DNA of 64,000 nucleotides from Lama glama (GCA_028534125.1 CM052817.1:27344001-27408000), one strand, 5' to 3'. Positions 13,740 through 27,328 are shown, counted from the first letter of the stretch. Numbers and translations: made by a program. Notes: generated by a model from the letters alone, not told the origin.

Positions 13740-13850
13740 GTGTTAGTGACCATTTACTGGCTGGGCAAAGCAGCAAATAGCTGTGCATCTTACAGTGGAA
13801 CGACGCTGAACCTGAAGGAGTTTGAAGGCTTGCTGGCTCAGATGAGAAAG
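13740..13850 (+). CDS. LIMCH1: LIMCH1 exon, end of CH domain ([37 protein letters not shown]), 111 nt, phase 0-0
   Basis: Acceptor ttctgtttcccag, donor AAG|gtaacc. Confidence 0.97.
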
Positions 13851-15536
13851 GTAACCTGGCTTTCCTTCTTCATCCCATGAGGTTTAGACGAGGCAGGAAG
13901 GCAACACAGTTGCTTGTATTTAAGATCATTACAGTTCCACATGGTCGAATTGCACAGGCCAGAGATGCCCTGCCCTCAAGGAAGCGACTGCTTGTCACAC
14001 CGATGACGTCTTTCGTGCATCCCACGCATACCTGAACTTTTACTCCCTTCTGAGAATGGGGGATCTGAGCTCTCTCCAACTTTAATTCCAAAAGAGCAAA
14101 TTCAATCTGTCAGTATATGGCTTCAGATGCCAAAGGGCTCAGTGCTTATTTTCTTGGGGAAATAACGCCTGAATTAAACAATACAGTGTTATACAAAAAT
14201 GAAGACTTGCTGTGCACTTCCACCCAAGGGTCATTTTGCTTACCCCTCAGGACTTTGGTGTGAGTGAGGTAACGTCAGCCAAGTTCTGGCCTGGGCATCC
14301 ACCCTGGACAGGCCCTGAAAAATTAGAACCATTCTCTTCTCAGATGTGTGTTTTATGACCATTGTATTTGAATGACCTGGAAATTTGGAAAACATGTTTT
14401 ACAATGGTCACAGCTTTATTTGTTTATTTAATTATGGGAAAGACTGACCTAAGGTAGGAATTTGTCCAAGAAAGAGTGGAGTGTTTTGTACGTGGCTGCC
14501 TGTGTGTTCCTCTTTAAGATTCATTAACTCACCCAAAGTACCAGCATTACTGGGGAGGGAGCAGCCCCACCCAGCGAGCCTTAGTGAACATGTAAGGCTC
14601 ACTGGTAATCAGTAGCATCCCTGGGTTTGGATAAGACCTGTATTGCAGCGCAGATAATTAAGGACTGGTTCTTCCTCTTTTTTCTAACATGCAAACTAAA
14701 TGCACTAATGAGACCTCGTTGAGGGACATTCTGTACTTTACAGTTTTTCTTTTAATACAGAAAGCAAGAGTTTGCTCCAACTTTATAATGATTTATTCTT
14801 TTTTCCTTAAAGCTAATAGTTGTAATAGTTCTTTGCATTTGGCTCAAACCAGGCTGGCTCATGTATGAATAAATGGACCAGGCTTTCCTATTGGTCATAA
14901 CATACATAAACAAAGTCCTTTAAGCTAAATTCCTTTAAAAATAAAATAAACACACCACTCAATCAAACAACACTTTGTTTCTCAGTCTTAACTGTTATTT
15001 GTCCTTTAATTTTTCATTTAGCTCAACAGAGTTAAGGATACTTAGGGAAAGTACAAAGGTAAGTTTCAGTCTGGATTTGCGAAATCTAAATGTTTGTTGG
15101 TTTTATATTAAATTTGAACTTGGATATGATAGATGGATTATCTTTTTTAAACTATGTAAAAGCTCTGCCAGATAGTTTCCCTGCTGGGTTCTCTGGGAAT
15201 CTGATTTCTTCTCATTGTTGATGTTTCTTACCACTAGTCCAGCTCTTCTACGATCTGAGCAGCCATTGGTCTCTGCAACTCTCCTAACTTCTCTTTTTGT
15301 TCAGTCAGTTGGTTGCTAGCAACTGCCTTGAAATCGCCTGTTGTTGTGAACAGCTGTCACCTTAGACGATGTCACAGGACCTGAGGAGTAGTCAGTATCA
15401 CTGGGTGAAGCATGACTTAACTAAAAATGGCCATCTGTGGCGCCCCCATATCTCTGTGTAAAGTTGAGAGAACTTCACAGGTCTATCCAATGCCTGGAAA
15501 TGTTAGATTTATCTAGAGTGTGTATTATCTCATTTT

Positions 15537-15990
15537 ATCAATTAGGATTGCATTTGGCTGGGAAATGCAGAAAATTCTACCAGTGGCTTAAATAAGATAG
15601 AGTTTTATATCAGACTCATACAAATGTGGTCTGGACGTGAGCAATCCAGGGCTTGTGCAGGGGCTCTGTGGTCATCGGGGCCCAGGCTCCTTCTGTCTTT
15701 TTACTCCACCATCCTCAACTCACAGCCTCTCACCTGCTGGTCCAAGATGGCTGTGCGAGCGTTAGTCATCATGTCCACATCTGAGCCAGGAGAAAGGAGG
15801 GATGAGAAGAAAGGCTTATGCCTTCCTTAAACAGACTTCTGGGAAGTCATGCGCCACCCCTCCGCTCACATCCCACTGACTTGAACTTGGTCACCAATCC
15901 GTACCTAGCTGCTAGGAAAGGTGTGAGAAAAGGAGGCTTTATTTCATCTAAAAACTGTGAGTATTTTCTCTGGAGAAGAAAGGGAGAGCA
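15537..15990 (-). mobile_element. Old MLT1-family LTR remnant (approximate bounds)
   Basis: tcaattaggattgcatttggctg...cagtggcttaaataagatagag...cccaggctccttct...tggtccaagatggctg resembles MLT1J-type LTRs. Confidence 0.6.
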
Positions 15991-16389
15991 GATACTGAGG
16001 GACAGCTGCAATCTCTTCTGCACATACACAGACCGAAATAAATTTGAAATTAAAAGTTTTTCTTTCACAAAGGAGCCTAGCCAGAAATTTTTTATATTCA
16101 TTTTTTTTCTAGTGGGAGAAATGTGCATGAGAATGATTAACTATGGTAGCACTTGTTAAGTTCTGTAGTGCAAGTAACACATGTAGAGCCCTTGACATCA
16201 GCGTCTGACACACAGGTATTCATAGTAGTCTGCTATCACTGTATACAAAAAAAAGTCTCTGAAAGCATAGTGACATGGCCTTTTGCTGGGCCTGGATATG
16301 TCAGAGAAAGTCTCCCAAAGGAGGAGACACTTAAGCTGAACCAAAGGGAACTACCACAGGACCAGTGAGACTGAAGGAGAACCACGGAG

Positions 16390-16790
16390 ACTGGGGTGGC
16401 CCTGGAGATCTCAGGGTCCAGAACCAGAAAGCCAGTACGCTAGATTCTTCCTTCCTCTGTCTTTCTTTCTCTCATCTCTTCCTGTCTCTCCTTGAATTCA
16501 TCCCCTCCTCCAACAGGCAAACATTCCCTCATAGTAGGGGCCATGGCCAACAGCACTCCGGGGATTACCTGCTTCTAGCTCCTTGCCCAGGAGCAAAGAA
16601 ATTCTTCTCCCTGGCCCCCGCTGTAAAATCCCTAGAGTGCACTCTGGCCCAGGGCAGGTCCTGTTCCTGAACCAGTCAGTGTGACCCGGGATAAGGGATA
16701 CCGTGATTGGCCTAAGCCACTGTTTCAGAAGGTGAGAGCTGTTAGTTACCAGAACAAGGGGGTAAAAAGGGGAGAACGCGATGGACAAAC
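16390..16790 (-). mobile_element. Possible old MLT1-family LTR remnant
   Basis: ctgaaccagtcagtgtgacccggg...gtgattggcctaagcc is typical of MLT1K/L-type LTRs; heavily diverged. Confidence 0.45.
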
Positions 16791-18189
16791 ATATACAAGA
16801 CTTTGTCCTAGAACAGCAACGATGATCAACTTCTCTTCCCTTAACCTGCTTTACTTTTTCAGGGTACTGACCATTCAATTTTGTATTCATTTATCAGTTT
16901 TTCTGTTTGTTTTTCATCTTCCTCGCTAGAGCATAAGGCCCACTAGGACAGGGTATTTGTTGAATTTGCTTAACATTATGTCCCCCCGACCGAGACAGGG
17001 CTTAGCGCATAGAAGATTCTCAGTGGAATGAGTAGCTTCCCACCCCAGAGTGTGGTGGGTGGAGACAGGTCCTCCGGCTGGAAAAGTAGAACCTAAAACT
17101 CTCCAGAATAGAGTTTAGCCACCTTATAAATCACAAAGGAAGCAGAAAATGGTGAGTGGTAAAACAGAGGCATCTGGAGTTTCTCAGATACCGTAAGTCA
17201 TCCACCAACCCTAGCTGGTTCTCATTATCTCTGACAAAGGAGGGTAAGAAGAGGACAGATGAGTGAAATAATCCAAAAATATTGTGGAAGCTGGTAGTTC
17301 TCAGCCCATTCATTAACACACTTTTACTAGAACAACCAGCAGCTAGCACAGTGGACAGGTTTGGGTCTTATCCCCTCTCCCGGGAGTGCTCTCTGTCGAA
17401 GACAGGACGCTGCTGCTGGGCTTCTGGACGGGAAGTGCAGACGACGGAGCAGACCCCTAGAAAGGAGCATTTAGGCCATGCTGGCCTGTGTGTGGGCTTG
17501 TATCTCTTACTCTCCCCCAAGAGCTTACCTTCAGGTGATGATGGAATCCAGTAAAATCGTTCATCCCGCTGATGTCCACATCTTTGTCTCCAACTGAAGA
17601 GCCAGCCCCTTGAGGTTTCTCAGGGACCAGCTTGGCCAAGGAAGACCAGAAGTGGCCTGGCTTTCATTTGTCAAACTGGCCCTGCCACTCGGCTTCCAGC
17701 TCTCACTTGATCCAAGGGTTTATTCTGGGCTTTCTACGAAGTCAGGAACAGAGCGGCCTTTCTGTTTTTCTTTCCCATAACTGGCTGTGAGAAAGCAGCT
17801 GAAGGTCCAAGAAGCATGTTGACTTTCTCTTTTTTCCGTTCCGTTCTCCTGTGGTTTGTCCGGTAGCGTCGGGGAGACATTTGGGTGTTTGGGGATGCTT
17901 TCCTGATATTATTTTCTTGAAAATCCAGTGTTGCAATGCTGCACCAAGCAGCTGGTTAAACTATGTCATTTCTAGATGTGACCAGTGGCCCAGCTTCCTG
18001 AGTGATTGTCCTCCCTGATGGGAAACTGGGCCCCTGGCATCTAGTTATGGATATAAGTGGAGAAGGAGATGGAGGAGTACCAGCATGTAGATAAGATTAT
18101 GTCCTCAAGTGCATTTATAAATTTGGTCTGATTTATATATTGACATTTACATGCCAAATGAATACATAGTAGTGATAAAAAAAAATCCT

Positions 18190-18430
18190 AACATTTTTTG
18201 GAAGTTTACGTGTCAGGAGTTTTTCTGAGTGGTTTCCATGTAGTAATAACATTTAACCCTTTCAGCAACCCTATGAGATAAATATTTTTAGCTCTATTTT
18301 ACAGGTGAGAAAACTGAGATAGGGCGAGGTAAAATAACTTGCCCAAGATCAGACAGCTGATAAGGTGGAGCCAGGATTTAAACTCTCTGTCCATCTTCCC
18401 AGACCATAACCTACTCTAAACTGCCTCTTT
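18190..18430 (-). mobile_element. MIR SINE
   Basis: caaccctatgaga...ctattttacaggtgagaaaactgaga...aaataacttgcccaagatcagacagct...ggagccaggattta. Confidence 0.8.
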
Positions 18431-18604
18431 TGCAACATGATCTAGGTGGTGATCTAGGCATAACAGTGTTTAGTGAAGGGACCTTGTCCAGGTTAGCATC
18501 TTCTGTGGAGTAAGGAGGCAGTTGGGAAAGGTGATGCTGATGGTGACAGCTATAACTACACCAAAGCTATCAAACGTTGTCGGGTTTTACCATTCAGTAT
18601 TCAG

Positions 18605-18820
18605 AAACAGAGTCTTGTGTTGGAATCACAGCTTTGCTGATTACTGTGTGACGTCAGTCAAGTTACTCAATCTCTCTGATTCTTACTTTTTTCTTCTATA
18701 AAATGGGGACAATGCTAACCACATCACTGGGGAGGGGGTTGTGCGGATTAAATAATAGAGCATACGAAAAGCAACAAAGCATAGCCGCAGACATATCCTC
18801 AGTGTTCAGTAACATTAGCC
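18605..18820 (+). mobile_element. MIR SINE
   Basis: ttactgtgtgac...caagttactcaatctctctga...ctataaaatggggacaat...gttgtgcggattaaataa. Confidence 0.7.
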
Positions 18821-20078
18821 ATTTGGCTTGTTCTCAGTGGGTAAATAATCCAAGATGATTACTTGCATTTCCAAAGAAATTAAATACAAAACCATAACCA
18901 ATTTAGATGTATACTTTTCGGTTAGTCATGAGTTCTCCCTTTTCCTGCTAGTCAAGCCTGACTTTTGTACAAGTCCTGGTTAACTTTTGACCTACAAGTA
19001 AACTACCTTAATTTCCATAACTGGAATTCCTGCCTTCCTCTGGAGGGTCATGTCGGCTGTATTCACCCAGGCCATCTGACAACCTGTTCTTCAGGGGCAC
19101 TAACCAGGTCCTCGGTGTAGCGGCTGCAGGGTGCCCCTCTCAGCCCTGCCATTCCCCGCTCTCCCTTCTCCTGACGCAAAACCTGCATGTGCCTCGTGAG
19201 TTACAGCCACCCTGTCCCCACAAGGGTCCCCGCGCTGGGAAGTGTGTCAGAGGATCTGGTTAATTGATAGAAACATCCGGCAGGGGTACTTCCTACAAAG
19301 GCACTGGCTCCAGAGGGCATATTAGTCAGTTTAGGCAGTTTCCAAAATTGCTAACCCAAAAACTATTTGTTGATTTTTCCTTTCTATTGGGAGTGTGGAG
19401 GGGACCTGCCTGAGTATCCCAGCAAATCTGCAGCGGGACATTCCAGTCTCTGTGGATGTCATTCACAGCCCAGATTTTATGCAACAGTCTGGGAGAGATT
19501 AAATTGAGGTTTATCTTTGAGTGACTGGAGTTATTTCTGTTTTCGTCAGCTTGGACTCTTGTAATTAATGCTAAGACACTGGCGGGAACAAGGCTTTTAT
19601 TATAATACGAGGGTGAGGATGGCTTTGACTGACCTTTCTTCTGCTGGAGTTTCAGTGTTTTAGTATGTGCTGCTGCTTGCGCTGGAAAGAATTTATAATC
19701 ACAGGCTGTCAAAGACCGCCATTGTTCTCACTGCTCTGAACATGTGGGTCAGCCACAAGTGCTTTCAGCTCCCCCAGCGCCAAGAGCTGGCCGAGAGCGA
19801 GAGCATGCCTGGATTCTTCTGAGGCATCAGGAAAAGCATTTTGCATATTTTTCATTGCTTTTTTTTTTCCCCCTTTCACTTTTTGCCCCAGAAAGACAGC
19901 TCCCTTTCAGAGCAGGAATTTCCCTTCAAGGTAGCAGGGGATGGAAGCATGCTGCTCCAGGATTTTACGGAACTGATTCTGCTGCAAAAACGAGTGCTGT
20001 GTGCATTAGCCAGACAGCATAAACAGAAGCAGTTGTGCGGCTGAGCTAGGGGCTGGGTCCCAGAACAGACATGCAGTT

Positions 20079-20102
20079 ATGGATTCCGAAAGACGGGTCA
20101 AG
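20079..20102 (+). CDS. LIMCH1: Probable alternative start exon of LIMCH1 (MDSERRVK), giving a CH-less isoform
   Basis: gttATGG has good Kozak context (G at -3, G at +4). Eight codons end AAG|gttaag in phase 0, in frame with the exon at 20468. I recall short LIMCH1 isoforms starting MDSERQVK. Confidence 0.72.
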
Positions 20103-20467
20103 GTTAAGGTTTTAGTTTCTCACTTTTGTTTTCATCTGTCATTGTATTGTGAATCCAAGCTTGATGATCTTTTATCCTTACTTCCTTAGATTTTTGTTTA
20201 ACACTGTGGAGTACGAGATGCTTGGGGATTTTTTTTTTTTTAAATATGTGTGATTTTCTGATGGAGAAAGTTGCAGCAGGGAAGGGTTGAAGAATGAAAC
20301 GTTGGCTTGTAGATGATAACCAGTTTGGTAACTGGTTGCCATAGCCTCTCCATACTGATTCTCTATGCAGGATTTTTTGGAGACCACTGGAGATGGATTT
20401 TCCTGATATTTAGGCTCTATGTCTGCTGCTGCAATGTCCGTAATCCTTTCGTTTTCTTTTCAAACAG

Positions 20468-20663
20468 GAGACTGATGACATTGAGAGTCCTAAACGTAGT
20501 ATTCGAGACAGTGGCTACATCGACTGCTGGGATTCCGAGCGCAGCGACTCCCTCTCTCCCCCTCGACACGGCAGAGATGACTCCTTCGACAGCCTGGATT
20601 CCTTTGGCTCCCGTTCCCGGCAGACACCTTCTCCAGATGTAGTCCTCAGGGGAAGCAGTGATG
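20468..20663 (+). CDS. LIMCH1: LIMCH1 exon ([28 protein letters not shown]...[11 protein letters not shown]), 196 nt, phase 0-1
   Basis: Acceptor ttttcttttcaaacag, donor ATG|gtaggt. Confidence 0.97.
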
Positions 20664-23600
20664 GTAGGTTTGAGCCTTAATAAACTGCACATCTTAGAAT
20701 TAAATGTTAACAAGAGCCGCCTTGTCACCAGCCGAGAGATTGGCACTGGGAGGGTGGACTTCATACCTACCTTGGTGGAACCTGGTAACTCTAAACTGTT
20801 AGAAAAAAATCTCTTAATGTTGTTTTTCATGATCCTCAGAGTTTTGGTTGGCTTTGCCAGCAGTTTGTTTGAACCTTGCCTCAGTGAGCGTATCTTCTGT
20901 TGGAAAATGTGTTACATCATTCCTCCCTTGGTCTCAGTGAATCCAGACGCTGTGCAGACCATTAGCTCATAGAGTGTGCTGAAGGTTTATGTGCTCCAGG
21001 TATGAGGAAGGGAAATGTTTGAGTGAGTATCACACTGTATAAGTGAAAATAGATTAACTTCCAGCAAACTGGAAACACCCTGCACACACTTATGAAAGCT
21101 CTGAAGCTTGGGATTGTGAAACTTTAATTGGCACGGTTTGGGCAATCTGTTCGATGCTTATGATCCCTGACCACTGGCCAGAGGGATGCAGGTGGCCACC
21201 AATGTATAGAACAGAACCCAGACTGCCTGTTTCTTCTGTGGCTGGGTTTCATTTAAATCCCATGGATTTTATCTCACCTGAAAGGAGTGGTCATTTTCCT
21301 TTACAAAAATGTATAGTCATGCAACCTGATGTAAATTTAGTGCAGATTTTCCAGAAGCTGTTTTCCTTACTTATCTTGCACCTTTGTGCTTTAAGAAAGG
21401 ACAGTGGTTTGGCTCTGCGTGTATCAACTTGCAGAAAGAGGCTAAGCCTGGTGGGGAACTTTTTTATTTGTTTCTATTTCTTTTTAATGTATTGCTTGAC
21501 CGAAGCTAATATTTCTAGACTTTAAGCCATCTGTCTGAGATGAAAATTATCTTTTATGGCTAAAAGATCCCTTTCAGCTATAAAATGCTATGTTACCAAA
21601 ATACTTGGGTATTTAATGTGCCCTGGTCCTGAGTTAAGTACTCGACCCCTGGTATCTCATTTAATCCTCAGCACAGAGGATGAGATGCTCAGTATCTTAC
21701 TTAGACCTCTCACAGGGCTGTGAAACACTTCTTACCCATATTTTACAGATGAATATTTTACAGATGAATCTTGAAGACGTTAAGTAATCATCCTAACATT
21801 GTTAAGTGCCCAAGTTCAGTCAGTAAGTAATGTAACAATGTTAGTCTCAAAAAGTGATACCCAAAACTTATACCCTTAAGGCTCATTTACCCACACTTCT
21901 TTCTGTTTGGCTAGTAGATTTTTCAAATTCTACAATGACTGAACTAATGCTTTTGTTTGGTAATTAAACTTTCCAACAAATAGATTAGCCTCAGGGCAAC
22001 GTAGTATGTGACTCCTAAAGAATTCCATGGTGCATTGTGAACTGCTTGAAAAACATTTCTAAAATTTTACACGATGTCTTGAGTACCACCCACAGTATTA
22101 GAAGTTTTAATACCAACTGCATGATCTAACTGAGCTTTAACATAACTGAAAGGGAGATTTGCTGTTAGAAAACATATCTTAACCAAACTACTTCATCTAT
22201 GTTATTTTGATTGTTTTTAAAAATTATTATTGTCTCATCCTAGTTTTTAATAACCGGTAATATAGATCCTTCTTTTATTCTGTCACATCTTTGAGGGGTT
22301 CAGAGTTTATAATGAGCCACATCTTGAAGGCATTTGAGGTGGTCGTTACTAATATAGTACTAATATGTGCTGAGGCACAATTTCACTGCAATTAAGATTG
22401 ATAAGTAAAGAGTCTTTTCATAACGGTTTTTTTTCCATGTAAAGAAAAACATGAAATTGAGCTTCACAGAACACCATCCATGAAACACAGAGTTTCCCCC
22501 AATCAGCCTGATACCTTCAGGCTTATGTTTTGGTAAATTAATCAAGATGTAATGAGGTTTTAAAGAAAAACAATGCTTTTTTAAAAATCTGCCTTAGAAA
22601 AAAGTGAGATAATTTTATCCAAATAGATGTTGTATTTCATTAGCTTATGGTATATTTTTAAGAGATGATAATCAAGAAGATTGCTAGTCCTAGTAAACAC
22701 TTCCAAATTTAGAAGAACTTTTTTTTTTTCAATACTTGAAAATTTATTTCCTAGGATTCACAATCAATTAGGGAAAGTCTCACCATGAAATTTTCCAGTT
22801 CTATTATTGGCTCAGTATGGAGAGTTTTCATTTTATTTTTATAGTGGCCCACTCACCCATTCAATAGGGACAACCAAGAGCCACATCAGGGAGTGCCATG
22901 ACTCTGTGGGTTGACGTGAGAGCCGTCTGATAGGGAGGCTATGAGTCCCAGGGTCCAGTCAACCTTGCTAGATAGGTGCCCCGTTCCACCTTCACCTTCA
23001 CTGGCGTTCCTTCTGACGCCACTAATGGGCTTCAGTGAAGAGGAGGTACAAAAACCTTCCACTCAGGTACTTTCAAAATTAAGAATGTATGTTATGAACA
23101 TAATGCATTTTGTTAAATGAGTATTCTTATCTTTTATATAAATGATGAGGTAAGGGAGAAAAATAAGAAATGAGAGAAGTTAAAGTGCTAGAGGAAGGTG
23201 GAAAAGCAAAGGGTGGCAGTGTATGTGGCCAAGATACCTTAGAAAGAAAGACTCCTACTGCTGGAAGGGAGAGACACATAGCCCTGGGGAAAGGAGGGGT
23301 CCAACTTTGATAAAAGGATGCCTTTATCACCATGTGCAATGTTGGGCATAGATGGAGAAGCCACCCTAGTATGTTTTCATGTTTTCAGGAGGAAGTCAAA
23401 ATCCTTCAAATTCTTGGCCTGAGATAAGAAGCGTTCCAACACTTTTGGAAAGCAGATTGCACCAGCCACTACTTGGGTGCTTTATGCCAGCTACTTTAAT
23501 CCTCTTGACAACTTATGAGCTGTATTATCATCTCCTGGTTTCCAGTGAGGACCCGGAGGTACACAGGACTTACATTTCACAGCAATTACACAGCTAGTAG

Positions 23601-24569
23601 AAGCTGGAGCTGAAATTAGACCCTGGTCTCTAAGTCCAGCAGGCTACTCCTCTTGTAGTTGAGCCACTCTGCCTCAGGGCATCTGCAAATGTAACTTTTC
23701 TTGAAGTGTCTGTTGAAGACATTCAACAAAGAGTAATTGGGGGAAAAAAAGGTGATCAGTTTGTGTGTTAAACAACCTATTTTGAGACTCTCACACAATA
23801 TATTATGGATAATATATTTTTGGATATTATACACAGATAAATTTCATAGATTATAGGATTTTTAGAACCAAGGGAACTGAGACAACTCTAATCCACGACT
23901 CAGCCTTCATGGTTGATTGAAGAATCATTTTCTTGCATTCATTTATTCAGTAAAGTGCAGTCCTTCCACTGGTCAGGATGCTTTAAGCAAAGGACATTTT
24001 TCAAGAGAAGTGTGTCACAGGGAAATGTTGGCCTGGAGTCTGGAGAAATTGGAGTCTTGAGCTGTTACTTACCAACCATGGAGAAGGGGCTCTTTTGGCT
24101 TCTCTGAACCTCTGTTTCCACCTCTGTAAAATGGGGATAATATCAAACAGAAAACAAATTCAAGCTCTTGTCAAGGTAAGGTTGTTTATAAGGCAATACA
24201 CATGGGGGCTCAAAAGATTTTATTATGACACCAAGACAGATATACCTGATAAAAGGCTTGGGGTGGGAAGGGAGCTAAGTTATGAATCAAAAATCAACAA
24301 GCAATGAAATAGTCAAAACTTCAGAAGGAGGGTTGAAAGCAAGTGGCATGAATAATTCATAAACTGAATACTTCATCTGCAACAATGAACAACTTGTTTA
24401 TGGTCAATGCTTTTAACTTTTACAGTCTTTTTAAAGCCATCAAGTCATTTAATCTCCAGGGCAAGTCATATCATTCCTATTTTTGCAGAAAAGGACAGGC
24501 AAGTGTATTAGAGACAAACCTGGGCGCCCACGACTCATGAGTGACAGATCAGATGCCAGAACTAGTCAG

Positions 24570-24790
24570 CGCTTGTTAGGCAATTACTCTGGGCCAAGTA
24601 TTCCACCAATAGCTCCATATGTATCTCATCCTCCCAACAGCCCTGCGAAATAGGTGATATTATTATCCTCACTTTTATAGGTTGGGAAACTGGGGCTTGG
24701 AGTGGCCAGGTGACAAATGTCAAAGTAGCATAGCTGGTGAGAGGCAGAACTCAAAATCAAGTGTGTCTGACTTAACCCCCCTGCAGTACA
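24570..24790 (-). mobile_element. MIR SINE
   Basis: tcctcccaacagccctgcgaaataggtgatattattatcctcacttttatagg...ggaaactggggct...gtcaaagtagcatagctggtgagaggcagaac. Confidence 0.75.
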
Positions 24791-25351
24791 CACCCTGCTA
24801 AGCGACCACATGTCTTGACTCGGTTTAAGGTTCTTTTCACAAATGTAAATAGGTCATTTTGTATTTGCTGTCAACCGAGTTGAATAACCTATTCATAATG
24901 CTCTCATTGATTAAGAGCTTTCAACCAGCATTCAAATGGCGGCTGCCTGTAACGGTAGTATGTGTTTTCATGACAGCTTCGCTCTCATGGATGTTAGCAA
25001 TCTGATGAGATGAGATTCAGGAAACAAGGATGCAGTATAAGTAGTGGGGCTATTGCCCAACAAAAGACTGATGTTGGCAACACTGAATTCCTTTGCATTG
25101 TCTAAAATACTCTGTAAGCCAAACGAATTCAGTGATTCATCAGCTCTTTTGAGGATGCCCACTGTGGGCAGAGACCCTGTGATAAGTACGGTGGAAGATA
25201 TAAAGCCCCTGTTCTCAAAGTACAAGGTAGAAAGCATAATGCACCAGAAAGGAAAACTAGATCATCGGGCCTTAGTGTTCACAGGCAAAAAAGATTGCCT
25301 CCAGCTCTGACTACCAGGAAGGGCTCCGATGTAGAGGAATATGCGTTTATT

Positions 25352-25492
25352 TATTTATTTTTAATTAAGTTTTTGTGGGGGGCGTAATTAGGTTTATTTA
25401 TTTGTTTGTTTTTCAACGGGGGCACTGGAGGTTGAATCCAGTACCTCGTGCATGCTAAGCACAGCCTCTAATACTGAGCTATAGCCTCCCCC
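25352..25492 (-). mobile_element. tRNA-derived SINE (camelid Vic-1-like) with target-site duplication
   Basis: Reverse complement reads gggggaggctatagctcagt...gcttagcatgcacgaggtactggattcaacctccagtgcc...aataaacctaattac. Flanked by gaatatgcgtttatt (25337-25351) and gaatatgcatttatt (25493-25507). Confidence 0.88.
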
Positions 25493-26081
25493 GAATATGC
25501 ATTTATTATAAGTGAAGCCACTCCCTGGAAGGCAAGCCCTTGGTGTAATCCGTATTGATCATTTTTCTAAATTCCTGTAGTTCTTCTATGTCTGTGCTTC
25601 TTGATTATAACTAATATTCTCCAGGTGTTTCATGAGTCTGTTAAAAGTATCTCAAAGACAAAGGATTACAAATCCTTTATGATTCTTATTTGTCAGACTA
25701 TCTAGCACGGTGTAAGACATGCAGCAACAGGTGCCGAGTAAACTCCACTAGTAGATGCACGTTCTTCCTTTTGAGAGTTGCAGGATCCGAATGGGGTGTA
25801 TAGTTCTATTGCAGATGTGTTGCTAATTGTAACTCTTGGCTACAACCAGGCTTACTTTTTTTTTTTTTAATTTGACTTTTTTTTTTCCTGATTAGAATTG
25901 AGAGCTTTTCCCAGAATAGACTAATTTAGCCTGATACTTTAGATTTGTTAAGTGAATAATTTAAGGCAATAATCCCCGGAACCCACGGATTTAACCACAT
26001 CCCCAACACTGCAGACTTGCCATCGGGAACTTGATGGCTAGCCCAGCACACATTTTCAGCACCCGTCCTCTCTCTTCCCAG

Positions 26082-26334
26082 GGAGAGGAAGCGACTCTGA
26101 ACCTGACTTGCCACATCGGAAGCTGCCAGATGTGAAGAAGGATGACATGTCTGCGAGGCGGACTTCCCACGGTGAGCCGAAGTCCGCAGTGCCTTTCAAC
26201 CAGTACCTGCCCAACAAAAGCAACCAGACGGCCTACGTCCCCGCACCCCTGAGGAAGAAGAAAGCAGAGCGAGAGGAATATCGGAAGAGCTGGAGCACTG
26301 CCACCTCCCCCCTGGGAGGAGAGAGGCCCTTCAG
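26082..26334 (+). CDS. LIMCH1: LIMCH1 exon ((G)[26 protein letters not shown]...SPLGGERPF), 253 nt, phase 1-2
   Basis: Acceptor cctctctcttcccag, donor AG|gtaagg; overlaps ORF 26108..26338. Confidence 0.97.
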
Positions 26335-26839
26335 GTAAGGCCTGGGCTGCGCGGCTGCCATCCTGGCTGGTGCTACAGGAGCACGAATGAGCTCAAATAG
26401 CCATTTAGAACTTTGGTGTGAGGTTACAGATGGAGATGGGCAGGATGGATCTTCGGAGAGAGATTGTCATGATAGGATGTAAGCTTCGTGAAGGCACCGA
26501 GAACAGTGCCTGGCACACAGTAGGTATTCAACAAATACTTGTTTAACGAGCAGATTTTTGAAACCAGCTCTATTGACAGGACACTGAGAACAGATCTGTC
26601 ATCCACGTCCTTCTCGGGAGACTATTGGACTCCCACTCGTGTTAGATTAGATGCAGTAAGACCTTTTCATCTAGATGCAAGCTTATCAAGATTTAAGCTC
26701 AAGCATTGTGTAATGGATGCGTGAACATGCTTAAGAGTCACATGTCAAAACAGTCAGAATAAAATGGAAGACATATTGGACTTCTCAACTCTTCAGAGAA
26801 ACAAGCAGAATTCCTCTCTAATTTCTGATTATGTTTTCA

Positions 26840-26955
26840 TATTTATTCATCAAGTATGTATTTATTGATCATCTACTATGTGCTGGGTGCTTTTAGGCTT
26901 TGGGGACCCAAAGGTAAATAAGATAGTCCCTGCCTTCAAGAAACTTATAGTCCAA
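26840..26955 (-). mobile_element. L2 3' end remnant
   Basis: tatttattgatcatctactatgtgctgggtgc...aaataagatagtccctgccttcaagaaacttatagtc. Confidence 0.7.
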
Positions 26956-27328
26956 TAAAAGAAACTTAGAGTCTGCTCTAATCCTGTTAGCAAAACCACC
27001 CTGATCATTGTATGGTTATTCCTTGGAGTCCACCTGTATATCTATGGTTTTCCATGGAGTAAACATTTTATTAAAAGTTACAATTCTTGAACAAAACATG
27101 GATCCTACCTTTCTGGCAGAGCTCTTAGTCAGTGTCGAGATAATGATGCCTTGTTTTAATCAACACACGGCTGCATTTCATTTTCTTCCTGTCACCAGGA
27201 CCGTATTGCATTCTATGACCCCCTTTTTTTTTAAGTGGAAGTAATATCAGGATGAGCAGGAGATGACATGTGATCTGCTCCCCAGCCCAGTCTGTTAGTT
27301 TGGTCACTTATGTTGTCCAACTCACTAG

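Noticed and set aside
20465..20470. NAGNAG tandem acceptors (CAG GAG here; similar at 45510, 55061, 56023)
   Set aside because: The distal site is GAG, which is rarely used; nothing in the sequence supports alternative use.
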